This document shows, one piece after another, positions 28,201 to 38,034 of a DNA stretch of 54,780 nt (its first letter is position 1; each line of letters opens with the position of its first letter). The stretch is from a virus (lineage: Duplodnaviria; Caudoviricetes), in IMG/VR virus record IMGVR_UViG_3300027769_000037, positions 1-54,780 of that record; one strand, given 5' to 3'. The notes under the pieces were generated by a model that worked only from the letters and a program-made list of their open reading frames with translations, was not told where the DNA came from and searched no databases. The position numbers were made by a program, and so were the translations under genes.

Positions 28201-31200
28201 TTGATTGACCTATTGTATGATTTTGAAACAATTCTTACATTTGAACTGGAATTATTGTGTGGATTACCGTCCTCATGGTGAACATCTTTGCCTTTTAGTG
28301 CTGTTTTACCATGTTTTCGTATCTTTGCTCTTCGTATCTTATTTCTCATCGCTCTTCGGCGTTTTTGTTCTTTTGTTCCTTGCCATTTATATTCTTTTTT
28401 ATAATCACGACCAGTTGCTTTATTATATTTAGTTCGTTCAGTCAGAAAGGTTAATGCCAAATTGATATAGTTTTCTTTTTGTTGCTGTTGTTGCATCATG
28501 GCATTTGTTTCTTCTGCATCACTTTGCATTTCATCAAACTCTGAAGTATCGTTGTAATCTATATCTTGTTCTACAGGAATGTCAATTTCTTTGCCATTTA
28601 CTATTATGGTATTGTATAATCCAGATGGATTTTTGGATATATCAGTTAAATCTATATTTGGCAATCCTACTTCTGCTGGAACTATTTGTAAAAATTCCAT
28701 TAATCTCATGGGATCTCCATCAATATAATCTTTTAATTGTTCAATTAATTGACTAATCTCAAATGCAGTAGATGTATCTTCTGGCGTTTGTGGTGACATT
28801 AATTCATTTAAAACTTTACTATATTTAAAAACATTTTCATGAACACTCAACCCTTGTGAACCAACACCTAGCGCCATTACAGACCAATAATTATAAACTT
28901 TATTTTTACCCAATTTTTGATTTTCTTTTGATGCAACACTGGTTGATTTAAATCTAATTTGTAATTGCTTAACATCATCTGCAATTTTATCAATAAAGTC
29001 TTCATTAATTTCATTTAAATTCAATCCTGTTCCATCTTTATTTACTGAAATTAAATATTGAGCAACTGCTGTGCTGGTTTCACCCTTTTTGCCTGTGTCA
29101 AATTTAACTCTACCAGTAGCCGCTTCAAGTAATAGTGCTTTCTTGAAATCTCTACTTTCTCCTAATAAATCTTGAAGCATTTGTTTCGATTCATTGTGTA
29201 GTTTTTCATATCTAAGAAGTTTTTTATCTTGTCCTTCCTTTTCACCGCCTGCTAAATATGGTTCTACTGAACCAGATTGTGTTCTATCAGAAACAACAAG
29301 ATCTTTTAATTTATCAAGAAGAGCGTTTACTTTCTTTTTCAATTGTGGTGTTAATTTTTTCTGATCCATTGTTTGTAGAGCAGTCATTACAGTTGCAGTC
29401 GCTTCTCCTGCTGCTTTACCAGACATGAATTGTGATGGGCCGCACTTGACAGAAACACCGATAGTCATTCCACTTCTTCTGTCTTGGAATACTATATCTG
29501 ATTTTGGGGTATTATCACTTCCACCTTGACTCTCCCAAAATTTACTAAGTGCTTGATCTTTCTTTCTACCATAATGCATGGCAATAAAATCAGATTTTGG
29601 GAATAACTTCTTCAGTTGCTGATGTAATTGAATTGCTGCTCTTTGTCCCGCAGGAGCAAGAGTTTGACTTCCTGTATATAAACCATGTTCTTTTGGACCA
29701 AGTAAATCTGCTTTTAATTGCCCATCAGCATCCATTCCCTTTATCTCATTAAAAGCACCAACTATACCACCTTCTATATCGGTAGCACTGTGGTCAGAAT
29801 CTGGAAATGATGATTTTTTGCTGGTAACTTTAACGGGATCTGGAATTTCAACCGGCTCAATAGGCATCTGTGGCTGTGCCTCTTGTGGTTTTTTTCCACC
29901 TTTTTCTTTCACTGTTGGTGCATTTTCCACCGCACCGAATAATTCAATTGAGGTTGGTGTATTTACGAAATCTACATCTTTCATCGTGTTTTGAGCAGCA
30001 CCCATGTTCATTTTATCAGGAGGAGTAATTATAGTATGACGATTCATATCATATGATTCTTTTTTAATAATCATCAAATCATCATTAGTGTTATCACGAA
30101 CAATTAATATTTGACCCGAAAATGGATTACTTTGCGTTGCAGCTTGGTCACGAGCTCTTTGAGTTCTTTTTCGATCATTTTGATCTCGTCTAACTTCTTG
30201 TTTTGTTTTGTGTGCTGGTTTTGGTCGTTTTGGTTTTGATGAAGCTTCCATGATATTTGATGCAATGGTGCTAATAACATTCACATCTTCTCGCAATCTA
30301 CTTCGATTTGCTCTTTGGACTCTTTTTGTTTCTCCAGATATGACTTTTGGTAATATTGATTTCACCATTCTATTCAAAACTGGTTTTCTCTTTGAAATCA
30401 TTTTATCAATCATATATCTTTGAGAGATTGATAATTTTCCTGCTTTTTTCCCAAATAATCTTTTACGGAGAATACTTTTAACTTGTGAGTATGCTCTTCT
30501 TTTCAATACAGTTATATTTCTTCTTGATCGAGAACGAATGCGACGAGTCAGCGCTCTTCTTTTTGCAGTTCTCTTTGCAGCTCTAGATTCTTTCATTCTT
30601 GTAGCAATTGAAGCAACCGCTTCTGTTATAAATTGTTCTTTCAATTTTTTATTACTCGCTTTCTTTGCTGCTGTTGCTGCTTTCTTTTTGTTTCTTCTTG
30701 CGATGATATCTAATTTTCTTTTGGTTTTAATATCAGCAATTTTTATATCTTGATTTGTTAAATCTTTCATTAGTTTATCATGATTTACGCCTCGTGGTAA
30801 CATAGCTCGGACATACTCTTCATCTCCAGCTCGATGTCTTTTTCTGATTTTTCCAGCTTTGACGACAGATAGATCGCCGGATTTAACTCTGCTTAATTCC
30901 TCATCTCTACCTAAATCTTGTTCTGCTCTTGGTTCTCCTAATTGATGAAAATTTACTGAAACAGGATGAACTGTTTTAGAATCAGAACCTAGTAAACCAC
31001 CATATTTTTTAATGTGTTTTTCTATACTGGAACGCAATCCACCTTTTGCTAACTGATCAGAACCAAGTCCAATTGTTATATGATTGATTCCATGTTTTTC
31101 AACTATATGTGTCAAGTGATGAAATGGTGTGTTGTGCTTTGATGGTATAATTTGTAGATTAATATCTTTTATTGATTTATCTTTGAGAAGGTATTTGTGT

Positions 31201-31391
31201 ATATCTTTAATATATCCTTCTTTTTGTTTATGTGAGAGTGGAGCATTTTCTGTTTCTTCTGAACCACCAAATCCCTGAAAAAAATGTGTGTGGCCGGAGG
31301 AAATGGCGTGTTTAGCTCCCTGTCTTGTCATTTCTTCATGTGCTAAAGTTGGGGGATTATATGCACCAGTTACCAAAAATGCTTTATTCAT
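28197..31391 (-). CDS. 1064-aa multidomain protein: cytidyltransferase-like, basic helical, PD-(D/E)XK-like nuclease, C-terminal HNH-like
   Basis: GAYNPPTLAH..ENAPLS..GSDQ; DNTPKSDI..VSVKCGPSQFMSG; KDVHHEDGNPHNNSSSNVR..NRS. Confidence 0.7.
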   Translation of the reverse strand: MNKAFLVTGAYNPPTLAHEEMTRQGAKHAISSGHTHFFQGFGGSEETENAPLSHKQKEGYIKDIHKYLLKDKSIKDINLQIIPSKHNTPFHHLTHIVEKHGINHITIGLGSDQLAKGGLRSSIEKHIKKYGGLLGSDSKTVHPVSVNFHQLGEPRAEQDLGRDEELSRVKSGDLSVVKAGKIRKRHRAGDEEYVRAMLPRGVNHDKLMKDLTNQDIKIADIKTKRKLDIIARRNKKKAATAAKKASNKKLKEQFITEAVASIATRMKESRAAKRTAKRRALTRRIRSRSRRNITVLKRRAYSQVKSILRKRLFGKKAGKLSISQRYMIDKMISKRKPVLNRMVKSILPKVISGETKRVQRANRSRLREDVNVISTIASNIMEASSKPKRPKPAHKTKQEVRRDQNDRKRTQRARDQAATQSNPFSGQILIVRDNTNDDLMIIKKESYDMNRHTIITPPDKMNMGAAQNTMKDVDFVNTPTSIELFGAVENAPTVKEKGGKKPQEAQPQMPIEPVEIPDPVKVTSKKSSFPDSDHSATDIEGGIVGAFNEIKGMDADGQLKADLLGPKEHGLYTGSQTLAPAGQRAAIQLHQQLKKLFPKSDFIAMHYGRKKDQALSKFWESQGGSDNTPKSDIVFQDRRSGMTIGVSVKCGPSQFMSGKAAGEATATVMTALQTMDQKKLTPQLKKKVNALLDKLKDLVVSDRTQSGSVEPYLAGGEKEGQDKKLLRYEKLHNESKQMLQDLLGESRDFKKALLLEAATGRVKFDTGKKGETSTAVAQYLISVNKDGTGLNLNEINEDFIDKIADDVKQLQIRFKSTSVASKENQKLGKNKVYNYWSVMALGVGSQGLSVHENVFKYSKVLNELMSPQTPEDTSTAFEISQLIEQLKDYIDGDPMRLMEFLQIVPAEVGLPNIDLTDISKNPSGLYNTIIVNGKEIDIPVEQDIDYNDTSEFDEMQSDAEETNAMMQQQQQKENYINLALTFLTERTKYNKATGRDYKKEYKWQGTKEQKRRRAMRNKIRRAKIRKHGKTALKGKDVHHEDGNPHNNSSSNVRIVSKSYNRSIK

Positions 31392-31423
31392 TAAATACCT
31401 CTAGTTTAAAATATGTATGTTTC

Positions 31424-31455
31424 AAAAAAAAACCAGAGGAGTTTCCTCCTCTGGT
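31424..31455 (-). terminator. intrinsic terminator (minus strand)
   Basis: ACCAGAGGAG-TTTC-CTCCTCTGGT preceded by an A run (T tract on minus strand). Confidence 0.8.
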
Positions 31456-31472
31456 CTTCTCTGATTTTTTCA

Positions 31473-32678
31473 TTAAAGTCCTGTATAACCTTCTATTACT
31501 TTTTGATTTATAAAAAGAGTCTTTAATGGTTTAGAATCAAATACTATATCAGGAACGCTAGCTCCAGAGTCTAGTATTGAAAAATATCTAAATGAGCAAT
31601 TTGGAGCCAGTTGTACTCTTGGGTTTGTTGAAAAGTTTGGAGTACAATAATACCAGACCCTTGAAGATGCACCAACAGTTCGTGTTGCTTCTTGACATGG
31701 ATTTACAGTGAATGTTCCAGAATTAATTTGTAACAATCCGGTAATATCTACTCCATGATCTATAGTTACTACTGGATTAAATTTATCCAATTCACCGAGC
31801 ATTTTCAAATTGGCGACGGTTGTTCTTGTTCCAGAGTCATAACCAGTCGCTCCACTGTATTCTTCCCGTTCAAATAGTAATGTATTTGGAGAAGATATAG
31901 AACCTGATGATCTTATTGTTAGTCCACCGCAATTTGCACCAAAATCAGCACCTCTATACACTTTGGCAGTAACACCATTTCCTTGTATAAAGATTGCCTC
32001 TTTCTCACCAGAAACGGCATTATCATCTCTTGTAAAAATATTAGTTTCTCTGCCAAAGATTAAAGTAGTTTGGGCAGTTGGTGCCACCTCAAGAGTCGGT
32101 TTATTATCAACTCCACCCAAGTTTGTTTCTACAGTGTCTCCTAAAATTATAGTCTCACTTCTTACTAAAGAAGGAGTCACTGCATCATATGCGTATCCAC
32201 ATTGAATTGTACGCACATCGCCACGGATATCAATTACACATTGAGGAGCTGTGCTAGATCCGAATGGGATAGGAACTGGAGCATTTCCTAGTAGATGTGT
32301 TTTAATAGTAGTATCAGTTCCTGTAGATTTTATGTAAACTGATGGAATAGTGCTTCCTTTTTCTGGTCTTGATTGATATTTTTTATTAATAAAAATATTT
32401 TGTGCAGATACACCGAGTGGTGTGCTTTGTGAACCAATATCTAACTCAAAATTTGGTGCAATGAAAACTAAATCTAATCCACCAGTTAATGAACCTTCTG
32501 GTCCATAAAGAGGATTAGATAAAGTGTTTCCAGACCAATCAAAATAAATACTATCTCCGCCAGTAGGAACACCAGTTCCTTGTGGTGGTAAAGTTGCTCC
32601 TGCTAATGGATACACGGACCAGTTTGCAGATAGTCCAACATTAGTATTATTGTTTCCGATCCAGTAATATGTTGACAT
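31473..32678 (-). CDS. beta-rich adhesin/fibre-like protein, paralog 1
   Basis: YYWIG...ANWS...PTGGDSIYF N-terminus; Gly/Thr/Ser/Asn-rich. Confidence 0.6.
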   Translation of the reverse strand: MSTYYWIGNNNTNVGLSANWSVYPLAGATLPPQGTGVPTGGDSIYFDWSGNTLSNPLYGPEGSLTGGLDLVFIAPNFELDIGSQSTPLGVSAQNIFINKKYQSRPEKGSTIPSVYIKSTGTDTTIKTHLLGNAPVPIPFGSSTAPQCVIDIRGDVRTIQCGYAYDAVTPSLVRSETIILGDTVETNLGGVDNKPTLEVAPTAQTTLIFGRETNIFTRDDNAVSGEKEAIFIQGNGVTAKVYRGADFGANCGGLTIRSSGSISSPNTLLFEREEYSGATGYDSGTRTTVANLKMLGELDKFNPVVTIDHGVDITGLLQINSGTFTVNPCQEATRTVGASSRVWYYCTPNFSTNPRVQLAPNCSFRYFSILDSGASVPDIVFDSKPLKTLFINQKVIEGYTGL

Positions 32679-32692
32679 GATTTCTCCTTAGA

Positions 32693-33859
32693 TTAGACTA
32701 TATCTATTTCGTATGAACCGCTGAGTAGTATACTAGGTGCTTTATCCGATGTTATACCAAATGGAGTTATGATACTTGCGCCACCTACTTCATTTGCTGC
32801 ACCAACTATGAAACCATCTCCAATAGTTGAGTAAATTATAGGAAAATATCTATTCGCACTATCCGTATACAGTAATGGATGGAATTCATAATTAAGATTT
32901 TTAAAGAAAACCTTCTCAGAATCAACGTATGCAGTAACTATACTTTTTCCAGAAACTGTTACATTTTCGCAACTAATTCCAGAGAAAAGATCAACTTCTA
33001 TGCCAGCTGAGTTAATAAACGCCCCTCCGACAGATGATATATTTAAGTTGGTAATTGCGGAGATTGGACCCTGTGGACCGGTTGTTCCATAGGTTGTACC
33101 ATTCATAGTGAACTGTGCTCTTATGGATCCTGATGGTATAGCATAGGTGTTGTGTTCTAGTGAGAGATTGCTAAAACTTATTCCTCTACTAAAGTTTAGA
33201 TAATGACTAGATTCACTGCCATTAATTATGAATCTATTTAATCCACCTAAAGTACAAAATCTACCAAAATAGATGCTGGAATTAAATTTGTTGGCAGAAT
33301 CAGTATTTATTCCACCACTTAGGGTGATTGCTTGATCTGATTCTACACCTAGATAGATGTTACATCTTGCAGGATTAGATGTTGCGGTTAGATTTAAACC
33401 ACTAGCAGATCCGGTTAAAGTATAATTAACTCTATCTGACGCAGTAGCACGCGGTGATAAATTTATAGGACAAGATGAATTCAAAGATTTAACATTAACT
33501 ATAGCTGAGAATGGTGTTGGTGAATCTATATTTTTGATACCCTTGCGTAGAAACATAGAACCTGCGTATGCTTGTAAAAAATTAGCTTCAGTTCCGCCAC
33601 CGATATCTCTACCAAAAGTCTCCTCAACTATTAATTGATTTAATACTGTATGGGTAATTCCAGCACCAATTAACCCAGCTGGTCCATATACCGGATTCCA
33701 TCCAGAACCAAAATTTGCAAAAATTACAGTATCTCCAGCTGTTGGACCACTGTTAGCAGCCGGCGGTACACTTGCTGTTAATCCTGGTCTAGTTAATGTC
33801 CAATTTGATGTAGTTTGAACATTATTATTTACTGCGCCTCTCCAATATAATGTTGCCAT
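32693..33859 (-). CDS. beta-rich adhesin/fibre-like protein, paralog 2
   Basis: LYWRG...SNWT...PTAGDTVIF...NPVYGP N-terminus shared with paralog 1. Confidence 0.6.
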   Translation of the reverse strand: MATLYWRGAVNNNVQTTSNWTLTRPGLTASVPPAANSGPTAGDTVIFANFGSGWNPVYGPAGLIGAGITHTVLNQLIVEETFGRDIGGGTEANFLQAYAGSMFLRKGIKNIDSPTPFSAIVNVKSLNSSCPINLSPRATASDRVNYTLTGSASGLNLTATSNPARCNIYLGVESDQAITLSGGINTDSANKFNSSIYFGRFCTLGGLNRFIINGSESSHYLNFSRGISFSNLSLEHNTYAIPSGSIRAQFTMNGTTYGTTGPQGPISAITNLNISSVGGAFINSAGIEVDLFSGISCENVTVSGKSIVTAYVDSEKVFFKNLNYEFHPLLYTDSANRYFPIIYSTIGDGFIVGAANEVGGASIITPFGITSDKAPSILLSGSYEIDIV

Positions 33860-34193
33860 TTAGTTCTTCTCCTTGATATCTATAACCTTTATATTGCTTT
33901 CTCTTACCCGACATTACTTCATACAATGCAGCTCTACTAAGATTATTTTTCTTGCAATATTCAAGCATATTATCAATTTTAACAACATTATTATTAATAT
34001 CTGTAAACAAATAGAAGTGTCCAACTGGATTTTCTATTTTTTGCCATTTCCAGTAACGACCATCTTTCACAAATTCACCACCATTTTGCTCTAAAAACAA
34101 AGATCTCCAATAATTGCTGCGCGAATCATCATTACAAGCAGTCCAAGTATTAGAATTTTTTTTATTCACTTCTTCAATTTTTAAAATTTTCAT
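33825..34193 (-). CDS. small protein with NUMOD1-like HTH C-terminus
   Basis: YCKKNNLSRAALYEVMSGKRKQYKGY. Confidence 0.5.
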   Translation of the reverse strand: MKILKIEEVNKKNSNTWTACNDDSRSNYWRSLFLEQNGGEFVKDGRYWKWQKIENPVGHFYLFTDINNNVVKIDNMLEYCKKNNLSRAALYEVMSGKRKQYKGYRYQGEELNGNIILERRSK

Positions 34194-34852
34194 AGTAGAA
34201 TTTCACTTATATATTTATCTTTTATATTTTTTAGGCTCAAAATGTGATCTATCGTTTTTTCTTCAAAAACCTGACATGTCCCATCTTCGCATGAAATTAA
34301 TATTTTTATTTTTTTAATTTTTTCGTTCGTCATCTCTTGCCACATCAAGGCATATGCTGTGGCTTGAGTGAAATAGTTTTCAATGTCTTTTTTAAACTTC
34401 GGCTTTGTGCTTCCTTTGAAGTCTATGATTGATAAATCACCGTTATATTCTGCTATGCAATCAACTCTTCCAGCTAATTCTAAAGTTTTGCTCCATAATG
34501 GAAATTCTAAACAACGAATATTGTTTATCTTATCAATTTCAGACTTTAAAGTAAAAAACAGATCTCTCTCATTTTCTGTATATTGAGAGAGATCTATTTT
34601 TTCATTATTGAGGTATTTCTCAATAATAGAATGCAGTGTATTGCCTCTGGAGCAGACTCTTTCAGACTCAGCAGGATTATTTTTTCTCCATTCGGCAAAA
34701 AACTGTTTCTTTCCGTGTCCGGTTACAGTTGTAACCGATGGGAATATTCCACCGGGGGTCACATAAAATCGTTGGCCACCTATTTCTTTTCTTTCTAGAT
34801 TAACAGGTTCAATCTTTGGTGGTAAATGATGAAAATTCCCAATCACAATCAT
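34190..34852 (-). CDS. PD-(D/E)XK exonuclease (T4-like phage family)
   Basis: PSVTTV, RGNTLH, LE.PLWS, AGRVDCIAEY, IIDFK, QATAYA. Confidence 0.88.
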   Translation of the reverse strand: MIVIGNFHHLPPKIEPVNLERKEIGGQRFYVTPGGIFPSVTTVTGHGKKQFFAEWRKNNPAESERVCSRGNTLHSIIEKYLNNEKIDLSQYTENERDLFFTLKSEIDKINNIRCLEFPLWSKTLELAGRVDCIAEYNGDLSIIDFKGSTKPKFKKDIENYFTQATAYALMWQEMTNEKIKKIKILISCEDGTCQVFEEKTIDHILSLKNIKDKYISEILL

Positions 34853-34859
34853 AATATAA

Positions 34860-35831
34860 TTAATTTTCTTTTCTTGTCAATACTTCACTTGCTTCTTTTT
34901 TTAATCTAACACCTTCTCTTGTTTTTAAAAATTTATTGACATGAGTATTTATCAGAGCTTTCATGCTTTCTGAAACTACACCACCGTATTCATTTCCAGA
35001 GCCTGGTTCTAGACCAAATGCGCTTATATTTTGTCTTGGTTGAACAGATCTGGTGTATTTTGATTTATCTCTTTCTGATTTATTCGGAGTAGTCAATGTG
35101 TTGCTAGATCCAGTTGGTTTGATAATATCTTCTTCCGGTTTAGATTCTTCCGGTTTAACTGAAACTCTTCGTGCTGCTGGGGGAGTTTGCTGTACAGGTA
35201 AATTAGGTGATGTTGGTCTTGTTGCTAATGGACCACCAGGTCTTGTTGCTAATTGTGTATTAGGTCTTGTTGCTAATTGTGTATTAGGTCTTGTTGCTAA
35301 TTGTGTATTAGGTCTTGTTGCTAATTGTGTATTAGGTCTTGTTGCTAATTGTGTATTAGATGTTGTAGCAGCTCTATTTAAATTTCTTTTAACTCCCGAT
35401 AGGGCTCTATCTTTCAACATAGGAGATTGTGTTTTAATAGCTGCTTTTGCGATTCTTAATGTTCGTGCTGTTCCCAGTGATCCTTCTTTTATCTCTTCGT
35501 TCTCGTATACCGAGTTGGAACCCAAACCAAGAGCATTTCTTGCCCTATATGACCAAACTGGCTCGACGCTTGGTGTTTTAATGCTTTGTCTCGACTCGGC
35601 TGGCTTAAAATCAATTAATCCACTTTTTGGCTCTAATGAATATGGATCAATTTGTGTTTTTTTATCACCTGTTGTATCTGGACTTATTATTGCTGCCGCC
35701 GCTAATGCTTTATGATATTCCAATTCACGCCTTAATTGTTTTATGAGTTTTTTAGACTCGTGAATTGGTCCATCTGGATTATTTTGTTCTACTTTTTTAT
35801 TTAACCAACCTAGAAATAATTTTTTATTCAT
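34860..35831 (-). CDS. low-complexity protein with octapeptide repeat
   Basis: ATG at 35831; (NTQLATRP)x5. Confidence 0.65.
   Translation of the reverse strand: MNKKLFLGWLNKKVEQNNPDGPIHESKKLIKQLRRELEYHKALAAAAIISPDTTGDKKTQIDPYSLEPKSGLIDFKPAESRQSIKTPSVEPVWSYRARNALGLGSNSVYENEEIKEGSLGTARTLRIAKAAIKTQSPMLKDRALSGVKRNLNRAATTSNTQLATRPNTQLATRPNTQLATRPNTQLATRPNTQLATRPGGPLATRPTSPNLPVQQTPPAARRVSVKPEESKPEEDIIKPTGSSNTLTTPNKSERDKSKYTRSVQPRQNISAFGLEPGSGNEYGGVVSESMKALINTHVNKFLKTREGVRLKKEASEVLTRKEN
35215..35358. repeat. 24-bp tandem repeat GGTCTTGTTGCTAATTGTGTATTA x5 plus 1 variant
   Basis: Five identical units at 35239-35358; variant unit at 35215-35238. Confidence 0.95.
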
Positions 35832-35832
35832 A

Positions 35833-36675
35833 TTATTTTTCTCCGTACTTGACATGTCTAGTTTTAATTTTTATATGTGGATATTCGTCTTTTAGAGAAG
35901 ATACCGCAGTTACATTTTCGTGATTATCATCAAAAAATTCCAAGTGAGAATATTTCCCTGTGTTTAAATGTTTTTTAATAATATTTGATTTTGCAGATGG
36001 AGTTGAGCTTCCTACCGTTGTTATTCTAACTCGCTCTGGATGATACAGTCCTTCTCGCTCTAAATATTTTTGAATTGGTTTTTTGGCCCTATTACCCCTC
36101 GCAGTGAGAATCATGAAAGTTCTTTTTTTCTTTGAGAGATTTTTTAGTATCGTGTGTATCTCTTTTATTCTTTGTGGTTTGATTACACGATCAAATTCAG
36201 AAAAATCTGTTTGTTCGTGTGATTTTGCTCTATATCTAGAAAATTGAGATGGGGATAATTTTCGTGTTCTTCCTGTTTTATTGTTACGAATACCGACTCT
36301 TGATTTAGATGTTGCGACAGTATCATCAAAATCAAAGACCCTTAATTTTTCTTCTGTTATTCTTGTATTTCTCTTTAATAGGTCTTTATCATCTCTTCTT
36401 GGTTTAATTTTTCCACTCTTTACCAATGAAGAAACTATTGAAGCTATATTTGTAATAGCTGATCTGTTTGTTACATCATTTGATCTTCTACTATTTTTAC
36501 CTTCTGCTCCAACACCATAAGATATATTTGTTATATATCTATCAATTGCATCATTAGTTGGTTTAACTATACCTTTTGAATTATAAAAAGCAACTTTGGC
36601 ATCTTTTTCTCCGTAGGGAGAATACAATGTTTTTGCCTCTGTTATTTTTGTTATTAATTCGTTTAACCTAACCAT
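35833..36675 (-). CDS. HAD-superfamily domain protein with N-terminal extension
   Basis: RVFDFDDT, ILTARG, K, FFDDN motifs after RITEE. Confidence 0.8.
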   Translation of the reverse strand: MVRLNELITKITEAKTLYSPYGEKDAKVAFYNSKGIVKPTNDAIDRYITNISYGVGAEGKNSRRSNDVTNRSAITNIASIVSSLVKSGKIKPRRDDKDLLKRNTRITEEKLRVFDFDDTVATSKSRVGIRNNKTGRTRKLSPSQFSRYRAKSHEQTDFSEFDRVIKPQRIKEIHTILKNLSKKKRTFMILTARGNRAKKPIQKYLEREGLYHPERVRITTVGSSTPSAKSNIIKKHLNTGKYSHLEFFDDNHENVTAVSSLKDEYPHIKIKTRHVKYGEK

Positions 36676-36965
36676 CTTCTTCCAGATTTATTCGATGCTG
36701 AGTCTAAATTTCCGTGATATCTTTTTGGTAATTTACTTTTCATCTTTGTCATTAACTCATTCCACTGACCACCTGTTGCTTTATTTGGTGTCAGGGTTGC
36801 ATCTGAATTCAACGCTGGAGATAGAGATGAGTAGTCTTTAACTATTTTTCCCTTTGTTTTGCAGTGAGGGCATTCTTCTTTGAGTGGTACTTCTCTCTCA
36901 TCTATCTTCAGAAAGCGTTCGAATTCTTTATTGCAACCTTCACATAAAAATCCATAATTAGGCAT
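36663..36965 (-). CDS. FmdB-type zinc-ribbon protein
   Basis: MPNYGFLCEGC...FE...CPHC. Confidence 0.85.
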   Translation of the reverse strand: MPNYGFLCEGCNKEFERFLKIDEREVPLKEECPHCKTKGKIVKDYSSLSPALNSDATLTPNKATGGQWNELMTKMKSKLPKRYHGNLDSASNKSGRRWLG

Positions 36966-36971
36966 AATAAA

Positions 36972-37256
36972 TTATTGTCCTCGGTTTTGTCTTGCTGCTT
37001 TCATTTCAGCCATTCTTTGTAGAGTACGATCAGCAGCATTTTTTTCTGCTGGTACTGGTCCAGCGCCTGCGCCACCTTGAGCTCTTGCTTGCTTTCCTTG
37101 AGCGAGTGCATTTCTGGAACGCATTCCTGCGTTATTTCCTTCTGGAGCTTGAGGTAGTGTTGGATTTTGTCTTCTGTTCGCTAATCTCTCTCTGCTATTG
37201 CCAGAAGCTGTTTGTCCTTTTCCCCCACCTGGTGCCATTCTTGGATTTGATGCCAT
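36972..37256 (-). CDS. basic low-complexity hypothetical protein
   Basis: AGGAG SD; G/A/R/N/Q-rich. Confidence 0.55.
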   Translation of the reverse strand: MASNPRMAPGGGKGQTASGNSRERLANRRQNPTLPQAPEGNNAGMRSRNALAQGKQARAQGGAGAGPVPAEKNAADRTLQRMAEMKAARQNRGQ

Positions 37257-37257
37257 A

Positions 37258-38034
37258 TTAATTCTCCTTGTTATTTGTATTTATTCTTCTTGGTTTTTTC
37301 TTTTTACGCTGTAATATAAATTGTGTAACTCTACTAAATCCTTCTTCATCATTATATGTTTTTTGCTTTATTGAAGTTGTATGAGTTCTTGATAGTTTTT
37401 TTACCATATATGAATATAACTTAGATCTATCTCGATAATCACCCAATTCACTAAAATCATCTCTTGCGTTAAATCTGATTATGTCTGGATTATGAGCTTT
37501 AATATGGTGTTTAACTGCTGAAGAAAGACCTCTAAAAACCTGAGCTGCGGTTGATGTTCTGCTACGATCTTCTGGTGAATCTCGTGAGAGCATACCATCA
37601 ACATCAAACATTATATCAGATCTACTTTTTCTATCTTTTCTTGTTTTTGATTTATGATTTATTTTTATCTCTACATCATTACCGCCATTAGTTTTAAACG
37701 CATAGTAATGATTACCCGATTCAGTTCCATCTTTATGAACTATTTTTTTGTTTACACGATCAAATTTAACTCGCGGAGAAAATCTATAGGATATATTTTT
37801 TGCATTTCCTATTCGTCCTCTATCTATTCCTCTGCTAATGAGGGGATATATTTTTGGATGGTAATGTGGATAATAATCGCCCCGATAATCTCCTGTAGAC
37901 CCAATAACTTCATCATGAATTTGTTTTGAAACAAATTTCCCAATTGGTGATTTTTTATGATAAATGGGAATAGAACCGCTACTTGTTCTTCGTTTAACTC
38001 CCTCTAACAATGATTGAAAATAACCTTTGTTCAT
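37258..38034 (-). CDS. hypothetical probable internal head protein
   Basis: MNKGYFQSLLE N-terminus; C-terminal HIKAHNPDIIRFNA...RSKLY. Confidence 0.6.
   Translation of the reverse strand: MNKGYFQSLLEGVKRRTSSGSIPIYHKKSPIGKFVSKQIHDEVIGSTGDYRGDYYPHYHPKIYPLISRGIDRGRIGNAKNISYRFSPRVKFDRVNKKIVHKDGTESGNHYYAFKTNGGNDVEIKINHKSKTRKDRKSRSDIMFDVDGMLSRDSPEDRSRTSTAAQVFRGLSSAVKHHIKAHNPDIIRFNARDDFSELGDYRDRSKLYSYMVKKLSRTHTTSIKQKTYNDEEGFSRVTQFILQRKKKKPRRINTNNKEN

Noticed and set aside
34190-34852. Cas4 / CRISPR-associated gene
   Set aside because: Lacks the Fe-S cysteine cluster; no array or cas genes nearby; matches the ordinary phage exonuclease pattern.
35215-35358. CRISPR array
   Set aside because: Repeats are head-to-tail with no spacers and in frame within a CDS.
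35053-35715. 220-aa + strand ORF with GLVANCVL repeats
   Set aside because: Antisense reading of the tandem repeat in a minus-strand operon.
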